Source: the human T2T-CHM13v2.0 reference genome, Homo sapiens. Taken from it: DNA of 64,000 nt. The notes beneath the pieces were generated by a model that was given only the letters and a program-made list of their open reading frames with translations, had not been told where the DNA came from and made no database searches. The stretch is taken from NCBI RefSeq assembly GCF_009914755.1, contig NC_060943.1; one strand, given 5' to 3'. This document shows, in pieces, positions 63,701-64,000 of the stretch (its first letter is position 1; each line of letters opens with the position of its first letter). The translations under genes were made by a program, and so were the position numbers.

Positions 63701-64000
63701 CAATGGTAGAAAAGGAAATATCTTCGTATAAAAACTAGACAGAATGATTCTCAGAAACTCCTTTGTGATGTGTGCGTTCAACTCACAGAGTTTAACCTTT
63801 CTTTTCATAGAGCAGTTAGGAAACACTGTTTGTAAAGTCTGCAAGTGGATATTCAGACATCTTTGAGGCCTTCGTTGGAAACGGGAATTCTTCATGTTCT
63901 GCTAGACAGAAGAATGCTTAGAAACTTCCTTGTGTTGTGTGTTTTCAACTCACAGAGTTGAACGATGCTTTACACAGAGTAGACTTGAAACACTCTTTTT
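57780..64000 (+). repeat. Mosaic terminal domain: divergent patch, then an A-like block, then a B-like block
   Basis: 57.9-59.5 kb has many unique variants. 59.55-62.0 kb shares markers with 5.5-8.6 kb, and 62.0-63.55 kb shares markers with 31.4-33.3 kb. Confidence 0.75.

Larger units (their letters stand above)
1..64000 (+). repeat. Alpha satellite array, suprachromosomal family 1 (J1/J2) 340-bp dimer, ~188 copies; resembles the active chr1/5/19 centromeric array (D1Z7/D5Z2/D19Z3)
   Basis: Uninterrupted 340-bp periodicity (ORF starts 154, 494, 834...), with occasional 341/339/338/336-bp units. Alphoid motifs include GATTCTCAGAAACT, TTCAACTCACAGAGTT and GAAACACTCT. A CENP-B box occurs in every second monomer, and dimers differ by only a few bases. 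The family call is from recognition of the sequence; the chromosome cannot be fixed by eye. Confidence 0.97.

Noticed and set aside
42-63895. Hundreds of 60-111 aa ORFs on both strands (MILRNSF..., MFPNCS...)
   Set aside because: They are translations of the satellite dimer. They overlap on opposite strands, are broken freely by indels and stops, have no recognisable domain, and many start at non-ATG codons.
1-64000. CRISPR-like or other repeat-spacer array
   Set aside because: There are no unique spacers and no cas genes. The whole 340-bp unit repeats.
1-64000. L1/Alu insertion, inversion or other foreign DNA
   Set aside because: Dimer phase holds throughout, apart from 1-4 bp indels. No poly-A tail, target-site duplication or strand switch was seen.
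1-64000. Assignment to a specific chromosome (1, 5 or 19) or to the kinetochore/CDR site
   Set aside because: These arrays are closely related and need alignment to a reference. CENP-A occupancy and methylation are not readable from sequence.

Overview
All 64,000 bases are primate (most likely human) centromeric alpha satellite. The window holds about 188 head-to-tail copies of a 340-bp dimer, all in one orientation. Each dimer is a 171-bp A-type monomer plus a 169-bp B-type monomer carrying a CENP-B box, with usually one EcoRI site per dimer. This matches suprachromosomal family 1 (J1/J2) and resembles the array shared by chromosomes 1, 5 and 19 (D1Z7/D5Z2/D19Z3; S1C1/5/19H1L). I found no gene, RNA gene, transposon, CRISPR array or inversion, and all listed ORFs are repeat artefacts. 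I found no new gene-based system. The informative content is the array's mutational record, read by eye from private variants. It shows a cryptic ~7-dimer cycle, two haplotype domains, nested tandem duplications (1361, 3062, 5442, 5443, ~10.2 kb) whose order can be partly inferred, and three parallel single-dimer deletions at the same cycle position. It also shows long-range (30 and 54 kb) copies joined at a chimeric dimer, probable short gene conversions, and about 23 damaged CENP-B boxes. Breakpoints are approximate intervals between diagnostic variants.
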